A stretch of DNA of 64,000 nt from an uncultured Methanosarcinales archaeon (GTDB taxonomy: Archaea > Nanobdellota > Nanobdellia > Woesearchaeales > GW2011-AR9). Location: positions 9,284 through 73,283 of the forward strand of contig CAZEAB010000004.1 of assembly GCA_964510085.1 (NCBI GenBank). Direction: 5' to 3'. Shown piece after piece: positions 33,373 through 42,635 of this stretch. Position numbers and translations under genes: made by a program. The notes under the pieces are model-generated. The model saw only the letters and a program-made list of their open reading frames with translations, was not told the origin of the DNA and did not search any database. The stretch's first letter is position 1, and each line of letters begins with the position of its first letter.

Positions 33373-34833
33373 ATGCATTATACAATAATAGACTGCTACA
33401 CTGATGAAGCATCCGGACTAGGAGTTCCACCATATCTAGGAACGTATCCTCGATATCTATTTGGAAAACTACGAAAAGAAGGTCACAATGTATCATATCT
33501 TACAATAGATGACATTCGTTTATGGAAAAAGTATGATGGAATAAAAAAAGAACCATCTGTCAAACAGAAAACAAACATTTTGGTATATAACACAACAACA
33601 AATAATGCAGAAGAAGTAATAGAAAAAACAGATAAGATCATTGTCATCGTAGGAGTTCACGTACCAGGAAAATACCTCACAGCTTTACCAGGAACGTTAA
33701 AAGAAGTTACACACCTATTAAAAGATATTAATGTACCAATGGAACTTACCGGCCCGGTAGTTTTTGGAACACAATTAGAAGGCGGAAAATTCTCAGAAAA
33801 AGTTAATGTAGATTTATTTGATGAAATAAAAGAATATAATGCTTCATTTGAAGAATTAGAAACGTATGCAACAAAAAGTGCAGAGATTCTTACTCAAATT
33901 CCTGACAAACGAATGATTGAAATTGAAACAGGAAGAGGTTGCAAGGTAGGGAAATGTAGCTTTTGTACAGAACCACTCAAAAATAGATTTGTAAATAGAA
34001 AAATGGAGGATGTGGTACAAGAAGTTGTAGCATACTATAAGAAAGGGGCAAGAATGTTTAGATTAGGAAAGCAAGCAGATTTCTATGCATCAGATAGACC
34101 AATAAAATTATTAGAAACAATTCATAAAAAATGTCCAAAGATAGAAGTTCTTCACATAGACAACGTAAATCCAAATTCTGTTGTTAGTAAAGATGGAGAA
34201 GAAATAACAAAAGCCATTGTCAAACACTGTACATCAGGAAATATAGCGGCATTTGGAGTTGAATCCTTTGACAAAGAAGTGGTTAAAGCAAATTTACTTA
34301 ACACAGCACCAACAATCGCCATGAAAGCAATTAAAATTATTAATGAGTATGGTGCTGTTCGTGGAGAGAATGGGATGCATAAATTTCTTCCAGGAATTAA
34401 CATCATATTTGGGTTACTAAAAGAAAGTAAACAAACACATAAAGAAAACATGAAATACCTACAGCAGATACTTGATGAAGGGTTGTTATTACGGCGAATA
34501 AATCTTAGACAAGTAGCAGTCCTTCCAGATACATTCCTAGAGAAGCACGGTGGAAACAAGTATTTACGAAAAAATAAATCACTATATTGGAAATGGCGTA
34601 ACGAAATTCGACAAAAGATTGATAATAAGATGTTAGAAAACATATTGCCAAAAGGAACAGTTCTATCTGAGGTCTACACAGAGATGTATGACGGTAAAAC
34701 AACATTCTGTCGACAGTATGGAACATACCCCATTACTATAGGCATAAAAGGAAGATTACCATTGAAGAAAAAAATTAAAATTAAAGTAGTAAGCCACATG
34801 TTACGAAGTGTTGTTGGAGAAGTTGTTGAATAA
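33373..34833 (+). CDS. radical SAM domain protein
   Basis: Contains an ETGRGCKVGKCSFCTE cysteine cluster in a TIM-barrel-like context. 486 aa. Confidence 0.6.
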   Translation: MHYTIIDCYTDEASGLGVPPYLGTYPRYLFGKLRKEGHNVSYLTIDDIRLWKKYDGIKKEPSVKQKTNILVYNTTTNNAEEVIEKTDKIIVIVGVHVPGKYLTALPGTLKEVTHLLKDINVPMELTGPVVFGTQLEGGKFSEKVNVDLFDEIKEYNASFEELETYATKSAEILTQIPDKRMIEIETGRGCKVGKCSFCTEPLKNRFVNRKMEDVVQEVVAYYKKGARMFRLGKQADFYASDRPIKLLETIHKKCPKIEVLHIDNVNPNSVVSKDGEEITKAIVKHCTSGNIAAFGVESFDKEVVKANLLNTAPTIAMKAIKIINEYGAVRGENGMHKFLPGINIIFGLLKESKQTHKENMKYLQQILDEGLLLRRINLRQVAVLPDTFLEKHGGNKYLRKNKSLYWKWRNEIRQKIDNKMLENILPKGTVLSEVYTEMYDGKTTFCRQYGTYPITIGIKGRLPLKKKIKIKVVSHMLRSVVGEVVE

Positions 34834-34835
34834 TA

Positions 34836-35150
34836 TTATAATACATGAATGAGCACATTTCTATATGTTTCTTGCATTTCTTTATCACCGAGAATCTCAG
34901 CAACATTTTTGGCCATACTAAAAACGCCAGCTCTTTCATATGAAAGCATTGCTTGTCTGTAATTGATTCTTGCTTCATGTTTATCACCATTTTTTTCATG
35001 TCTTGTTGCCATTTGTCTATAATGATCTGCTCTAAATACAAAAGATTGTACTTGACTAATATCGCTCTGTCCTCCAGTTGCTCTTAGTCTAGCGTGTTTC
35101 TTTCCTTCCGGAGTTTGAAGCTTATCAATAACGTCATCTATTACTGCCAT
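34836..35150 (-). CDS. hypothetical protein
   Basis: 104-aa ORF convergent with the radical SAM gene. Helical and charged, with no motif recognised. Confidence 0.35.
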   Translation of the reverse strand: MAVIDDVIDKLQTPEGKKHARLRATGGQSDISQVQSFVFRADHYRQMATRHEKNGDKHEARINYRQAMLSYERAGVFSMAKNVAEILGDKEMQETYRNVLIHVL

Positions 35151-35255
35151 AAGTAATTTTATAGGAGGCTATTTAAGAGGTTTGTGGAATGTTAACAAGA
35201 AAAATTACTATTTTATTTAGGTAAAATTTAAATATTTCAACATTCTATAAACAAT

Positions 35256-35369
35256 ATGTCAGAATTTCATTTTATTAAAGATCGTGCACTAAGAAACTTT
35301 TTAGAAAACATAGCCTTAATATTAGGGGCTATAGGGGCAGTTATCGCAATTCTTTCTTTAATATTATAA
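35256..35369 (+). CDS. putative 37-aa membrane peptide
   Basis: MSEFHFIKDRALRNFLENIALILGAIGAVIAILSLIL. TATA-like AAATTTAAATATTT lies about 25 nt upstream. It is below the ORF-track length cutoff. Confidence 0.3.
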   Translation: MSEFHFIKDRALRNFLENIALILGAIGAVIAILSLIL

Positions 35370-35370
35370 A

Positions 35371-35529
35371 ATGAGGCGTTTTACAAAAAGAGCACTTCTA
35401 TTATTCTTCACAGCGTTTCTCTTTCTTGTTACTGGATATAAACTAATTTTATTAAACGCAGATTCATTGGACCAAATGCTTTATCTAATTGCAGTAACAC
35501 TATTTTTTCTAGAACAGTTAACAAGATAA
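35371..35529 (+). CDS. putative 52-aa membrane peptide
   Basis: MRRFTKRALLLFFTAFLFLVTGYKLILLNADSLDQMLYLIAVTLFFLEQLTR. It starts 1 nt after the previous stop. Confidence 0.3.
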   Translation: MRRFTKRALLLFFTAFLFLVTGYKLILLNADSLDQMLYLIAVTLFFLEQLTR

Positions 35530-35566
35530 TCATAACTAATTTAAACCTTTACATATTCTTTAAACC

Positions 35567-36112
35567 ATGGTATTACTCGGATCAGATTATAAACATATGA
35601 AAAAAGGAGATACAGCCCCAGATTTCTCTCTTATAGGAACGGATGGCGCATTTCATTCTCTGCAAGATATTAAAGGAGAAAAAGCCACATTAATTATCTT
35701 CATGTGCAATCATTGCCCTTACGTTATTCCTAAGATGAATGAAATAAAACGAATCTCAACATTACAAGGATTATCTGTAATTGGAATAAATTCAAACGAA
35801 TCAGAAAATTATCCTGAAGATTCATATGAAAAAATGCAAGAATACTTTGACGAATGGGGAATAGATTTCCATTATCTTCATGATGAAAGTCAAGAAACGG
35901 CAAAAGACTATGGAGCAGTATGTACACCAGACCCGTTTTTGTTTGATTCAGAATTAAAATTATTATTTCATTCTCGAATAGATGATTCACATGGCCAAGA
36001 ACAAGCTAATCGTCATGAAATGTATGAAGTAATTGAAAAGTATCTAAACTCAGGACAAATCGTGTTAGAAGAAAGCCCATCCCAAGGATGTAGCATAAAG
36101 TGGAAAACATGA
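35567..36112 (+). CDS. thioredoxin-fold protein (AhpC/TSA-like thiol-disulfide oxidoreductase)
   Basis: APDFSL.G.DG...L.D.KG followed by LIIFMCNHCPYV (CxxC). Confidence 0.6.
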   Translation: MVLLGSDYKHMKKGDTAPDFSLIGTDGAFHSLQDIKGEKATLIIFMCNHCPYVIPKMNEIKRISTLQGLSVIGINSNESENYPEDSYEKMQEYFDEWGIDFHYLHDESQETAKDYGAVCTPDPFLFDSELKLLFHSRIDDSHGQEQANRHEMYEVIEKYLNSGQIVLEESPSQGCSIKWKT

Positions 36113-36531
36113 AATTACGATTATTAATATTATTTATAATTGGAGGAATTGTAGGATTTATTATTGACACTGCGTATAGAAGTGTAACAGAATTAACATT
36201 TACTCATAACGGATTTATTGAACATCTATTGGGTTTTACGTTTCCATTTCTTCCAATATATGGATTTGGTTTAGTTATTATTTATGTAATACATCGGTTT
36301 GTAAAAAACATAGCACATAAAGCACTACTTTTTGGAATTAGTTTAGCTGCATTAGAATTCTTTGGAGGAATAATTACAGAATTAGTTTTAGGAACAAAGT
36401 TGTGGGATTACTCTTCTAATTTTGCAAACATATTAGGACATACAGACGCATTACATATAATATACTGGGTTGTTCTTGGATTACTTGCAGATTATGTGTT
36501 TGGAAGAATCAGTTCTAAATATAATCCTTAA
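36100..36531 (+). CDS. small polytopic membrane protein (possibly PF06541-like)
   Basis: 143 aa with four hydrophobic helices and a LWDYS motif. Confidence 0.35.
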   Translation: MENMKLRLLILFIIGGIVGFIIDTAYRSVTELTFTHNGFIEHLLGFTFPFLPIYGFGLVIIYVIHRFVKNIAHKALLFGISLAALEFFGGIITELVLGTKLWDYSSNFANILGHTDALHIIYWVVLGLLADYVFGRISSKYNP

Positions 36532-37006
36532 TCTTATTATGAATCTCTTCATGCACAATCCAAGCTACTAATAATATGGCATCAATACTATGACTATGAT
36601 TTGTTAACCCCCATGAAGGACATGAAGTAATAAAGTTAAAAGGCCACGTCATTGGTAAAAAACCACCATAAAAACAATCCATCAGAATATGCATGCTCCA
36701 ACCAACTGCAATAGCAACAAAAATCTTACTCCATTTCATATCCTTCTTTAAGTATAATACTAATGCTACAATCCCGAAGAGAACGGCAAACGAAAAACTA
36801 TGTGTGAATATCCTGTGAAGGTTAACATAATCTTGTGCAAAGAAACTTAGCAACCAACTTAAAGGAATATCTAAATCCGGAGCAAGAGCAGCAACACCTC
36901 CCACAACAAGCAAATAACGAGGGAAACCTTGTTTACCTGTAATATAATGTCTAACTAAATCAAGTAAGATAATTGTACCCAGAACATGTGCAACTGCTAA
37001 ACCCAT
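36515..37006 (-). CDS. membrane-bound metal-dependent hydrolase, YdjM/DUF457-like
   Basis: His-rich TM protein: MGLAVAHVLG..., HRIFTHSFSF, SMHILMDCF. Confidence 0.55.
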   Translation of the reverse strand: MGLAVAHVLGTIILLDLVRHYITGKQGFPRYLLVVGGVAALAPDLDIPLSWLLSFFAQDYVNLHRIFTHSFSFAVLFGIVALVLYLKKDMKWSKIFVAIAVGWSMHILMDCFYGGFLPMTWPFNFITSCPSWGLTNHSHSIDAILLVAWIVHEEIHNKIKDYI

Positions 37007-37036
37007 GTGTTGAATAATAGTATGAGGAATATAAAG

Positions 37037-37576
37037 TTATTGTTTTAAGAATAATTCAGGATACGATTTAGTAATATTTTCTTCAAATTCAATATTGTTT
37101 TGTTTTAGAAAATTAAAACAATCCTGTTTTGTAAAATTAACAGTATTATTAGAATTAATAACCTCAACTTCAATAAATAAACCTAAATTTGTTACATTAT
37201 CAAGAACAATCTCAAAATTACCGCATTCCCAATACTCTCTATGTTTTTCAATAATAAACCGTTCTTTCATATCTAAATGTCTAAGAATTGAATCAACAAC
37301 TTTTGGAGAATCAATTTTTGTTTCATATTCCTCAGAATGTTCTGTTGCTAGATTTTGGTCAATTACTCGATGATATGCAACTTGATTCTTTCCTTCCTGT
37401 TCTCGAATTCTTAGAAATTCAAATGCAGGTTTTTCAGCAAAGAAATCTCTATGATGGGGAGTAAAATAAGTATCTTTTTGATGAACTTCTTTCACGAATT
37501 TACCAATAGATTGAAGAATATTTTTTATTACGTTAAGATCTTTAACTTTTAACTTTATTTCAATTTCTTTATTCAT
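37037..37576 (-). CDS. CYTH-domain protein (CyaB-type adenylyl cyclase / triphosphatase family)
   Basis: The N-terminal EIEIKLKV is the CYTH ExExK signature. 179 aa. Confidence 0.6.
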   Translation of the reverse strand: MNKEIEIKLKVKDLNVIKNILQSIGKFVKEVHQKDTYFTPHHRDFFAEKPAFEFLRIREQEGKNQVAYHRVIDQNLATEHSEEYETKIDSPKVVDSILRHLDMKERFIIEKHREYWECGNFEIVLDNVTNLGLFIEVEVINSNNTVNFTKQDCFNFLKQNNIEFEENITKSYPELFLKQ

Positions 37577-37653
37577 TGTAATACCCCACTAAATCATTCT
37601 CTATTTTATATAATTATGCAAAACTTATTAAACATCTACATTATCTCAAAAAC

Positions 37654-38214
37654 ATGAAAGAAGTGATACGTAAAGAACTACTAAAAGACTTAGATAACAT
37701 TATTAACATTCTCCAATCACCAAACAGACAAGAATATCAGAAACTAAAAGACCTTAGTAACCATGCAATTGAAGATGTAGCACTATACAAAGATTTAGAT
37801 ACAATTTCTATAACTGTTCTTATTTACTCATTATTTAAAATTGTATCAACAATGAATGAAGAAGATTATAAAGAACTTCTTTCAAAAATAAAACTTGCAA
37901 GAAAAGCACTTAAAGACCATAAATATCGAATATATAACCAAAACATACGAAAATCATTTACAATAATAAAAAAATCAACACCAAAAGTAAAACAACATTT
38001 ACAAAGTGTGTTACAAGCAGCAAGGATAAAAAAAGGAACAGTTCTATTACAAAAAGGTCTTTCACTTGGACAAGCATCAGGATTGATGGGTCTTTCAAAT
38101 TGGGATTTACAAGAATATGCAAGTAAAACAACCTACGTAGAACAAGGGCATGAAGTAATCTCTGCAAACACTCGACTTAAAAAAGCATTACAAATGTTTG
38201 GAGTACGATCATGA
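37654..38214 (+). CDS. hypothetical protein with C-terminal HTH-like segment
   Basis: GLSLGQASGLMGLSNWDLQEYASKT resembles antitoxin-type HTH. Its stop overlaps the next start (ATGA). Confidence 0.35.
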   Translation: MKEVIRKELLKDLDNIINILQSPNRQEYQKLKDLSNHAIEDVALYKDLDTISITVLIYSLFKIVSTMNEEDYKELLSKIKLARKALKDHKYRIYNQNIRKSFTIIKKSTPKVKQHLQSVLQAARIKKGTVLLQKGLSLGQASGLMGLSNWDLQEYASKTTYVEQGHEVISANTRLKKALQMFGVRS

Positions 38215-38897
38215 AAGCTCTCTTCTTTGACGCGGGACCTGTTATCACATTAGTAATGTCTCGTTTATCATGGATCCTTCCACATCTAAAACAAAAATAT
38301 GGCGCTCCATTCTATTTAACACCAGCAGTAAAATATGAACTTGTAGACAGACCTTTATCAATAAAACGATTTGAATTTGAAGCACTTCAAGTAATGAAAT
38401 TAATCCGTGACGGCGTTTTTGAAATATATGATAAAGTACCTCAACAACAAGTAAAATCATTACAAACTCTTGCTAACAGCACATTTAAGATTGGAAGAAA
38501 ATCGATGGATATTATTCAATCTGGTGAAATGGAATCTGTTGCCTCCGTATTACAAAATCCGGGTTCATCGATTGTAATGGACGAACGAACACTTCGTTTA
38601 CTTATTGAAAGTGGAAAAGACTTAACAAGCTTATTATCACGTAGATTTCATAAAGAAGTAACCTCAGATATGCAAAAAATAAAAGATTTCCAATTACGGA
38701 CTAAAGGAGTTTCAATAATAAGATCTGTTGAACTTGTTGGTGTAGCATATAAACTTGGATTACTAAATGGGTATATCCCCAAATTACGAAAAGGAAAAGA
38801 AAAACTAGTAGATTCAGTATTGTGGGCAACAAAATATAACGGGTGTGCTTTAACAAGTCATGAGATAGAAGAACTAAAGAAAACACTTCTAACATGA
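38211..38897 (+). CDS. PIN-like domain protein (tentative)
   Basis: N-terminal ALFFDAGPVITL, then later SGEMESVA and IVMDERT acidic positions that resemble PIN catalytic residues. Confidence 0.3.
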   Translation: MKALFFDAGPVITLVMSRLSWILPHLKQKYGAPFYLTPAVKYELVDRPLSIKRFEFEALQVMKLIRDGVFEIYDKVPQQQVKSLQTLANSTFKIGRKSMDIIQSGEMESVASVLQNPGSSIVMDERTLRLLIESGKDLTSLLSRRFHKEVTSDMQKIKDFQLRTKGVSIIRSVELVGVAYKLGLLNGYIPKLRKGKEKLVDSVLWATKYNGCALTSHEIEELKKTLLT

Positions 38898-38933
38898 TAA
38901 TGTTTTTAAATAAACTTCAATTTTACAATAAAG

Positions 38934-39131
38934 ATGGGAAAAAAATGTATTGATTGTAATGAGGAAGCTCAATATAAAATAAAAGATACTTCTGAATATT
39001 ATTGTAAAGAATGTGCATTAGAACATTTTGGTGACGTAGAGATGCTTGTAACACTTGAGGAAGAAGCACAAGCACTAAAAAATGTTGTAGACAACCTAGC
39101 TCCACAGGAACTCGAAGATAATGGCGATTAA
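38934..39131 (+). CDS. small zinc-ribbon protein
   Basis: CIDC...17 aa...CKEC pattern in 65 aa. Confidence 0.4.
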   Translation: MGKKCIDCNEEAQYKIKDTSEYYCKECALEHFGDVEMLVTLEEEAQALKNVVDNLAPQELEDNGD

Positions 39132-39732
39132 ATTAGGAAAAATAAGAACTTCTAAAATAGAACTGGTTGACATCTCTAAAGCATGGATTGCAATCTCAAT
39201 AGCATTTGCGTTTGTGTTATCTAATACAACCATCTTCTCAGGAGGAATTTTTACATTTAAATTTGTTCTATTCTTTGTAGTGTCATTAATTACAGCAGGA
39301 ATTGGATTCTTACTACATGAACTAGGACATAAATTTGTAGCGCAACATTATGGCTGTGTAGCAGAATTTAGAGCATTTGATCAAATGTTATATCTTGCAG
39401 TAGGATTAGCAGCAGTAATTGGATTTATTTTTGCAGCACCAGGGGCTGTAATGATTTCTGGCCATATAACAAGAAGAGAAAACGGAATTATAAGTGCAGC
39501 TGGTCCAATTGTAAACTATGTACTAGGAATAATGTTTTTAGTTGCGGGTATGTTTGTAAAAGGTCAACTAATAGATTTAGTAATTAGTGTAGGATTCATG
39601 ATAAACATGTGGCTTGGATTATTTAACATGCTACCATTTGGAAACTTTGACGGAAAGAAAATTCTTAATTGGAGTCGAGTTGCATGGAGTGCAATGGTAG
39701 TGTTTGGAGTTTACTTTACATTCTTTGTATAA
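39121..39732 (+). CDS. M50-family (site-2 protease-like) zinc metalloprotease
   Basis: HELGHKFVAQHYG (HExxH) within a TM helix, and a distal NMLPFGNFDG motif. Confidence 0.65.
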   Translation: MAIKLGKIRTSKIELVDISKAWIAISIAFAFVLSNTTIFSGGIFTFKFVLFFVVSLITAGIGFLLHELGHKFVAQHYGCVAEFRAFDQMLYLAVGLAAVIGFIFAAPGAVMISGHITRRENGIISAAGPIVNYVLGIMFLVAGMFVKGQLIDLVISVGFMINMWLGLFNMLPFGNFDGKKILNWSRVAWSAMVVFGVYFTFFV

Positions 39733-40015
39733 TGTTAAATGAGAAGAATTTGTTAAATTTCTTTTTATTTTCAAAAATGTTATTTTTGTTAAATGCACTC
39801 CTCTACCTCTAAAATTGTATAAACATTTATATAGGAGTATTACATTTAACAACGTAAGACGGTGTTTCTCTTAAAAAAAAGAAGGTGATAAAACTGAAAC
39901 AACACGTATTTCAGGAAGTCAAAAAGTTCAAAATACAACGGTGCTGCAAAGGATGTGGAAATCGAATTGTTGTAGAAAATGCGAATAGGTATTACTGCAG
40001 TAGTTGCCGAGGGTA

Positions 40016-40558
40016 TTAAGTTTTTATTTTTATTTTTTTTATTTTTTCTAGTAATTGTGGAAATGTTGTAAACCCAGAAGATTGATTCAAATGACCACCA
40101 TTTTTAATAACACTTAATTCACAGTTTAATTTATCTTTTAATTCATATGCTTTTTCAATCTTAACATATGGGTCATTATCAGAATGAAAAATTTCAAAAT
40201 GCGAACAATTCTTTCTCACTTTATCCCAGTTAAATTCTCTTTGAGCAAATGTTTTGGTTACATGATCAAATTGATTATTAAGCTTACCAACAAAACCAGC
40301 AACTAAAAATGCACTGTGGCACATACTCTTTTCAAGAATATTAAGAATGAAAGGAACTCCTAAACTATGGCCTACAAAGATTGTATCTTTATCAATATTA
40401 TAATTATCAATAATCTCTAACCAGTCTGATAATCTTTCTGGACTTGGAAATTGAGGGATTTCTACTTTGTGTCCTTCTCTTTCTAGATTCTCTTTGAGCC
40501 AAGGAAACCAATTTTCTTGAGGATGTCCCCCAACACCATGTATTATAATCACATTCAT
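40016..40558 (-). CDS. alpha/beta hydrolase, YdeN/RBBP9-like serine hydrolase
   Basis: MNVIIIHGVGGHP..., nucleophile elbow VGHSLG, and a C-terminal D...GH pair. Confidence 0.55.
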   Translation of the reverse strand: MNVIIIHGVGGHPQENWFPWLKENLEREGHKVEIPQFPSPERLSDWLEIIDNYNIDKDTIFVGHSLGVPFILNILEKSMCHSAFLVAGFVGKLNNQFDHVTKTFAQREFNWDKVRKNCSHFEIFHSDNDPYVKIEKAYELKDKLNCELSVIKNGGHLNQSSGFTTFPQLLEKIKKIKIKT

Positions 40559-40576
40559 ACTATATAAAATAAAGAA

Positions 40577-41257
40577 TTAATTAAATAAGTTTCTAAAAAA
40601 ATTACCAATACTACTAAAGAATCCTTCTTTAACTTCTTCTTCAGGCATTTCAACAGCTTTACCTACAGGAGCAATGTTCTCTTCAACAATCGGTGTAGGC
40701 GCTTTCTCTTTCACATACTCTGGTTCTTTCACTTCTTTAGGAAGGATACCAATAACAAAGTTACCAAATCCAGTTGTAGTTGCAGTTAATGTTAAATGTC
40801 TATCTTCTTCCATAACTAACGAAGTTAATACCGGAACACCATCTTGATGTAACATAATTTCATTTTGTCTATACCCCTCAATAACTTCCTTTTCTAACTT
40901 TAATGTAAATGTAACATCACCAATAGAATCTTCGTGAGTGAACTTCGCATTAAACTTATAGAACGCTTTACCGGGAAAACTAATTGTTTCATCAGTATTA
41001 ATATCTAATTTTCCACCTTTAATATCTTTTGTAGTTGCAAATGTAACTTCTTTAACACCTTCTACACCATTAACACCTGCAATAATCTGTGAACTAGCTT
41101 TCTCAAACGCAATTTGTTGAACAGCCTTTCCTGTTAAAGGAAAACCTGTTTGTGAAGCAATGACAACAGTAAGAAATGAAATAACAAAAACAGCAGCAAT
41201 ACCTGACCAAAACGCCTTATGAACTGGTGTTGGTGCCCTTTTCTTTTTTCTTGCCAT
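40577..41257 (-). CDS. membrane-anchored protein with PGF-pre-PGF-like domain
   Basis: N-terminal anchor AFWSGIAAVFVISFLTVVIA. The ectodomain ends ...LTLTATTTGFGNFVIG, resembling the archaeal PGF-pre-PGF fold signature. Confidence 0.4.
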   Translation of the reverse strand: MARKKKRAPTPVHKAFWSGIAAVFVISFLTVVIASQTGFPLTGKAVQQIAFEKASSQIIAGVNGVEGVKEVTFATTKDIKGGKLDINTDETISFPGKAFYKFNAKFTHEDSIGDVTFTLKLEKEVIEGYRQNEIMLHQDGVPVLTSLVMEEDRHLTLTATTTGFGNFVIGILPKEVKEPEYVKEKAPTPIVEENIAPVGKAVEMPEEEVKEGFFSSIGNFFRNLFN

Positions 41258-41329
41258 AGTTCAGAGAATATTTTAGAGTATTTAAATTTAACGAGAAATA
41301 TTAAATACTAAAAGTAACTTTTCATTTGA

Positions 41330-41836
41330 ATGCTTAGAATAATTTTTGATACGAATATATATGGTAAAATTATTGAAGAAGAAAACTTTGAACAAATTGC
41401 TACTAAAATTAAATCCGACGTAAATTTTAAAGTATATGGTTATAGTCCTATTAGAAAAGAGCTACGTGACACTCCAAAATCATCAAGGTTAGGTAAATTA
41501 AATAGACGTAACTTATTACTTAATGTTTATGATGGTATTACTAATGGGAAATATCTTAGAGATTCTTTAGTTATTCATAGACTTGCTATGAAGTTTTACA
41601 ATACTTATAGAGAACTTGGTGGCATAAGAAATTGGGAAAAAACAAACATAAATGTTGATTTTACTATAGTCGCATGTGCTATGTTCTACAAATTAGATAT
41701 TGTTGTTTCGGATGACTCAAAAACAATGTTAAGTAAACAAGCTTTGAAAGCTTTTAGACACATTTCAATCAAAGAAGCATTACGACAACCAACATTCTGG
41801 AAATATTCGGATTTAAGAACAAGATATAAATTTTAA
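41330..41836 (+). CDS. PIN-like domain protein (tentative)
   Basis: MLRIIFDTNIY... and ...DIVVSDD acidic motifs. 168 aa. Confidence 0.35.
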   Translation: MLRIIFDTNIYGKIIEEENFEQIATKIKSDVNFKVYGYSPIRKELRDTPKSSRLGKLNRRNLLLNVYDGITNGKYLRDSLVIHRLAMKFYNTYRELGGIRNWEKTNINVDFTIVACAMFYKLDIVVSDDSKTMLSKQALKAFRHISIKEALRQPTFWKYSDLRTRYKF

Positions 41837-42011
41837 GAAGTTGTTACTTTAATAAATTGCTTTAATTCTTTTCTAAATTGTGGATCTTTTTTTGCTTCCT
41901 TTATCTCTGCCATAAGCCTAGCCCACTTTTGGTCCTTTTTCTTTGAAAATAGTTTTTTAATCATCTTTCTAAGGATATTATTTTGATATTTAAATCTTTT
42001 GAATATAAAAA

Positions 42012-42157
42012 TGGGGTCGCTGGGACTTGAATTCCTGGACTAATTCCATTGAAACTAGTCTCCCAGGACCTCAAGATTTCAATTGAGGAAGATCCTCATC
42101 TTCAGTATCGCAGAAGCGTATGCTCCACTTGCGCTCTCCCAACTGAGCTACGACCCC
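42012..42157 (-). tRNA. tRNA-Phe(GAA) with three inferred introns
   Basis: The minus strand reads GGGGUCG UA GCUC AGUUGGGA GAGC G CAAG[21 nt]A CUGAAG[22 nt]A UCUUG AGGUC CUGGG[30 nt]UUCAAGU CCCAG CGACCCC A. Removing the bracketed segments (+ coordinates about 42107-42127, 42078-42099, 42032-42061) gives a canonical 73-nt tRNA-Phe with a perfect acceptor stem, D arm and T arm. T5 follows the 3' end. Confidence 0.7.
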
Positions 42158-42304
42158 ATCAAAGTCTTATATCTATAGCCTATTTATAATAGTTTTGGTG
42201 TTGGGATTACGTTTAGTATGAAAAATGACCCCCCTACACTTAGGTGTAAGAAAAAGTGAGAGTTGTTTAGGAAAATTTATATAATAATTTAACTCAATAA
42301 TAAC

Positions 42305-42586
42305 ATGCTTGAATTGATTGTAAATCTAACAAAACCATTTTGGGAGGGGTATGTTAATAGAAAAAAACTTTCAAGATATGAGCCTCCCCGAGATCATAAT
42401 CAAGAACGACTTGATGCTTTTGGTGGTAATTGCTGGATTACTATTGGAGAAGGTCATGTTTCTGGATATGGAAGTACCATATTTGATTCTTATTTTGATT
42501 TACTTGAACAAGCTCCATGGACTACTCGTTCAGTTGCAATGAGAATTAATAATTATGGAAAAGATCCGCTTCCCGATATTGGTTAA
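42305..42586 (+). CDS. hypothetical protein
   Basis: 93-aa ORF with no motif recognised. Confidence 0.3.
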   Translation: MLELIVNLTKPFWEGYVNRKKLSRYEPPRDHNQERLDAFGGNCWITIGEGHVSGYGSTIFDSYFDLLEQAPWTTRSVAMRINNYGKDPLPDIG

Positions 42587-42635
42587 ATAACCCTCCCTTT
42601 CTTCATCAATAAACAGACCACCCTAAACAACTTCT

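Noticed and set aside
34152-34643. 163-aa minus-strand ORF (and 34505-34726)
   Set aside because: It lies antisense within the radical SAM gene and has no motif. The plus frame is continuous for 486 aa and carries the Cys cluster.
39733-39850. Repeated TGTTAAAT octamers (three direct, one inverted) in the spacer after the M50 protease gene
   Set aside because: Such A/T-rich short words are expected by chance in this composition, and there is no supporting gene context. They are noted only as a possible binding-site cluster.
39885-40019. 44-codon ORF with CxxC...CxxC (zinc-ribbon-like: ...RCCKGCGNRIVVENANRYYCSSCRGY)
   Set aside because: The only start is a GTG embedded in a GGTGA SD-like sequence. 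There is no clear promoter, and the ORF overlaps the end of the convergent hydrolase gene. The evidence is insufficient to call it a gene.
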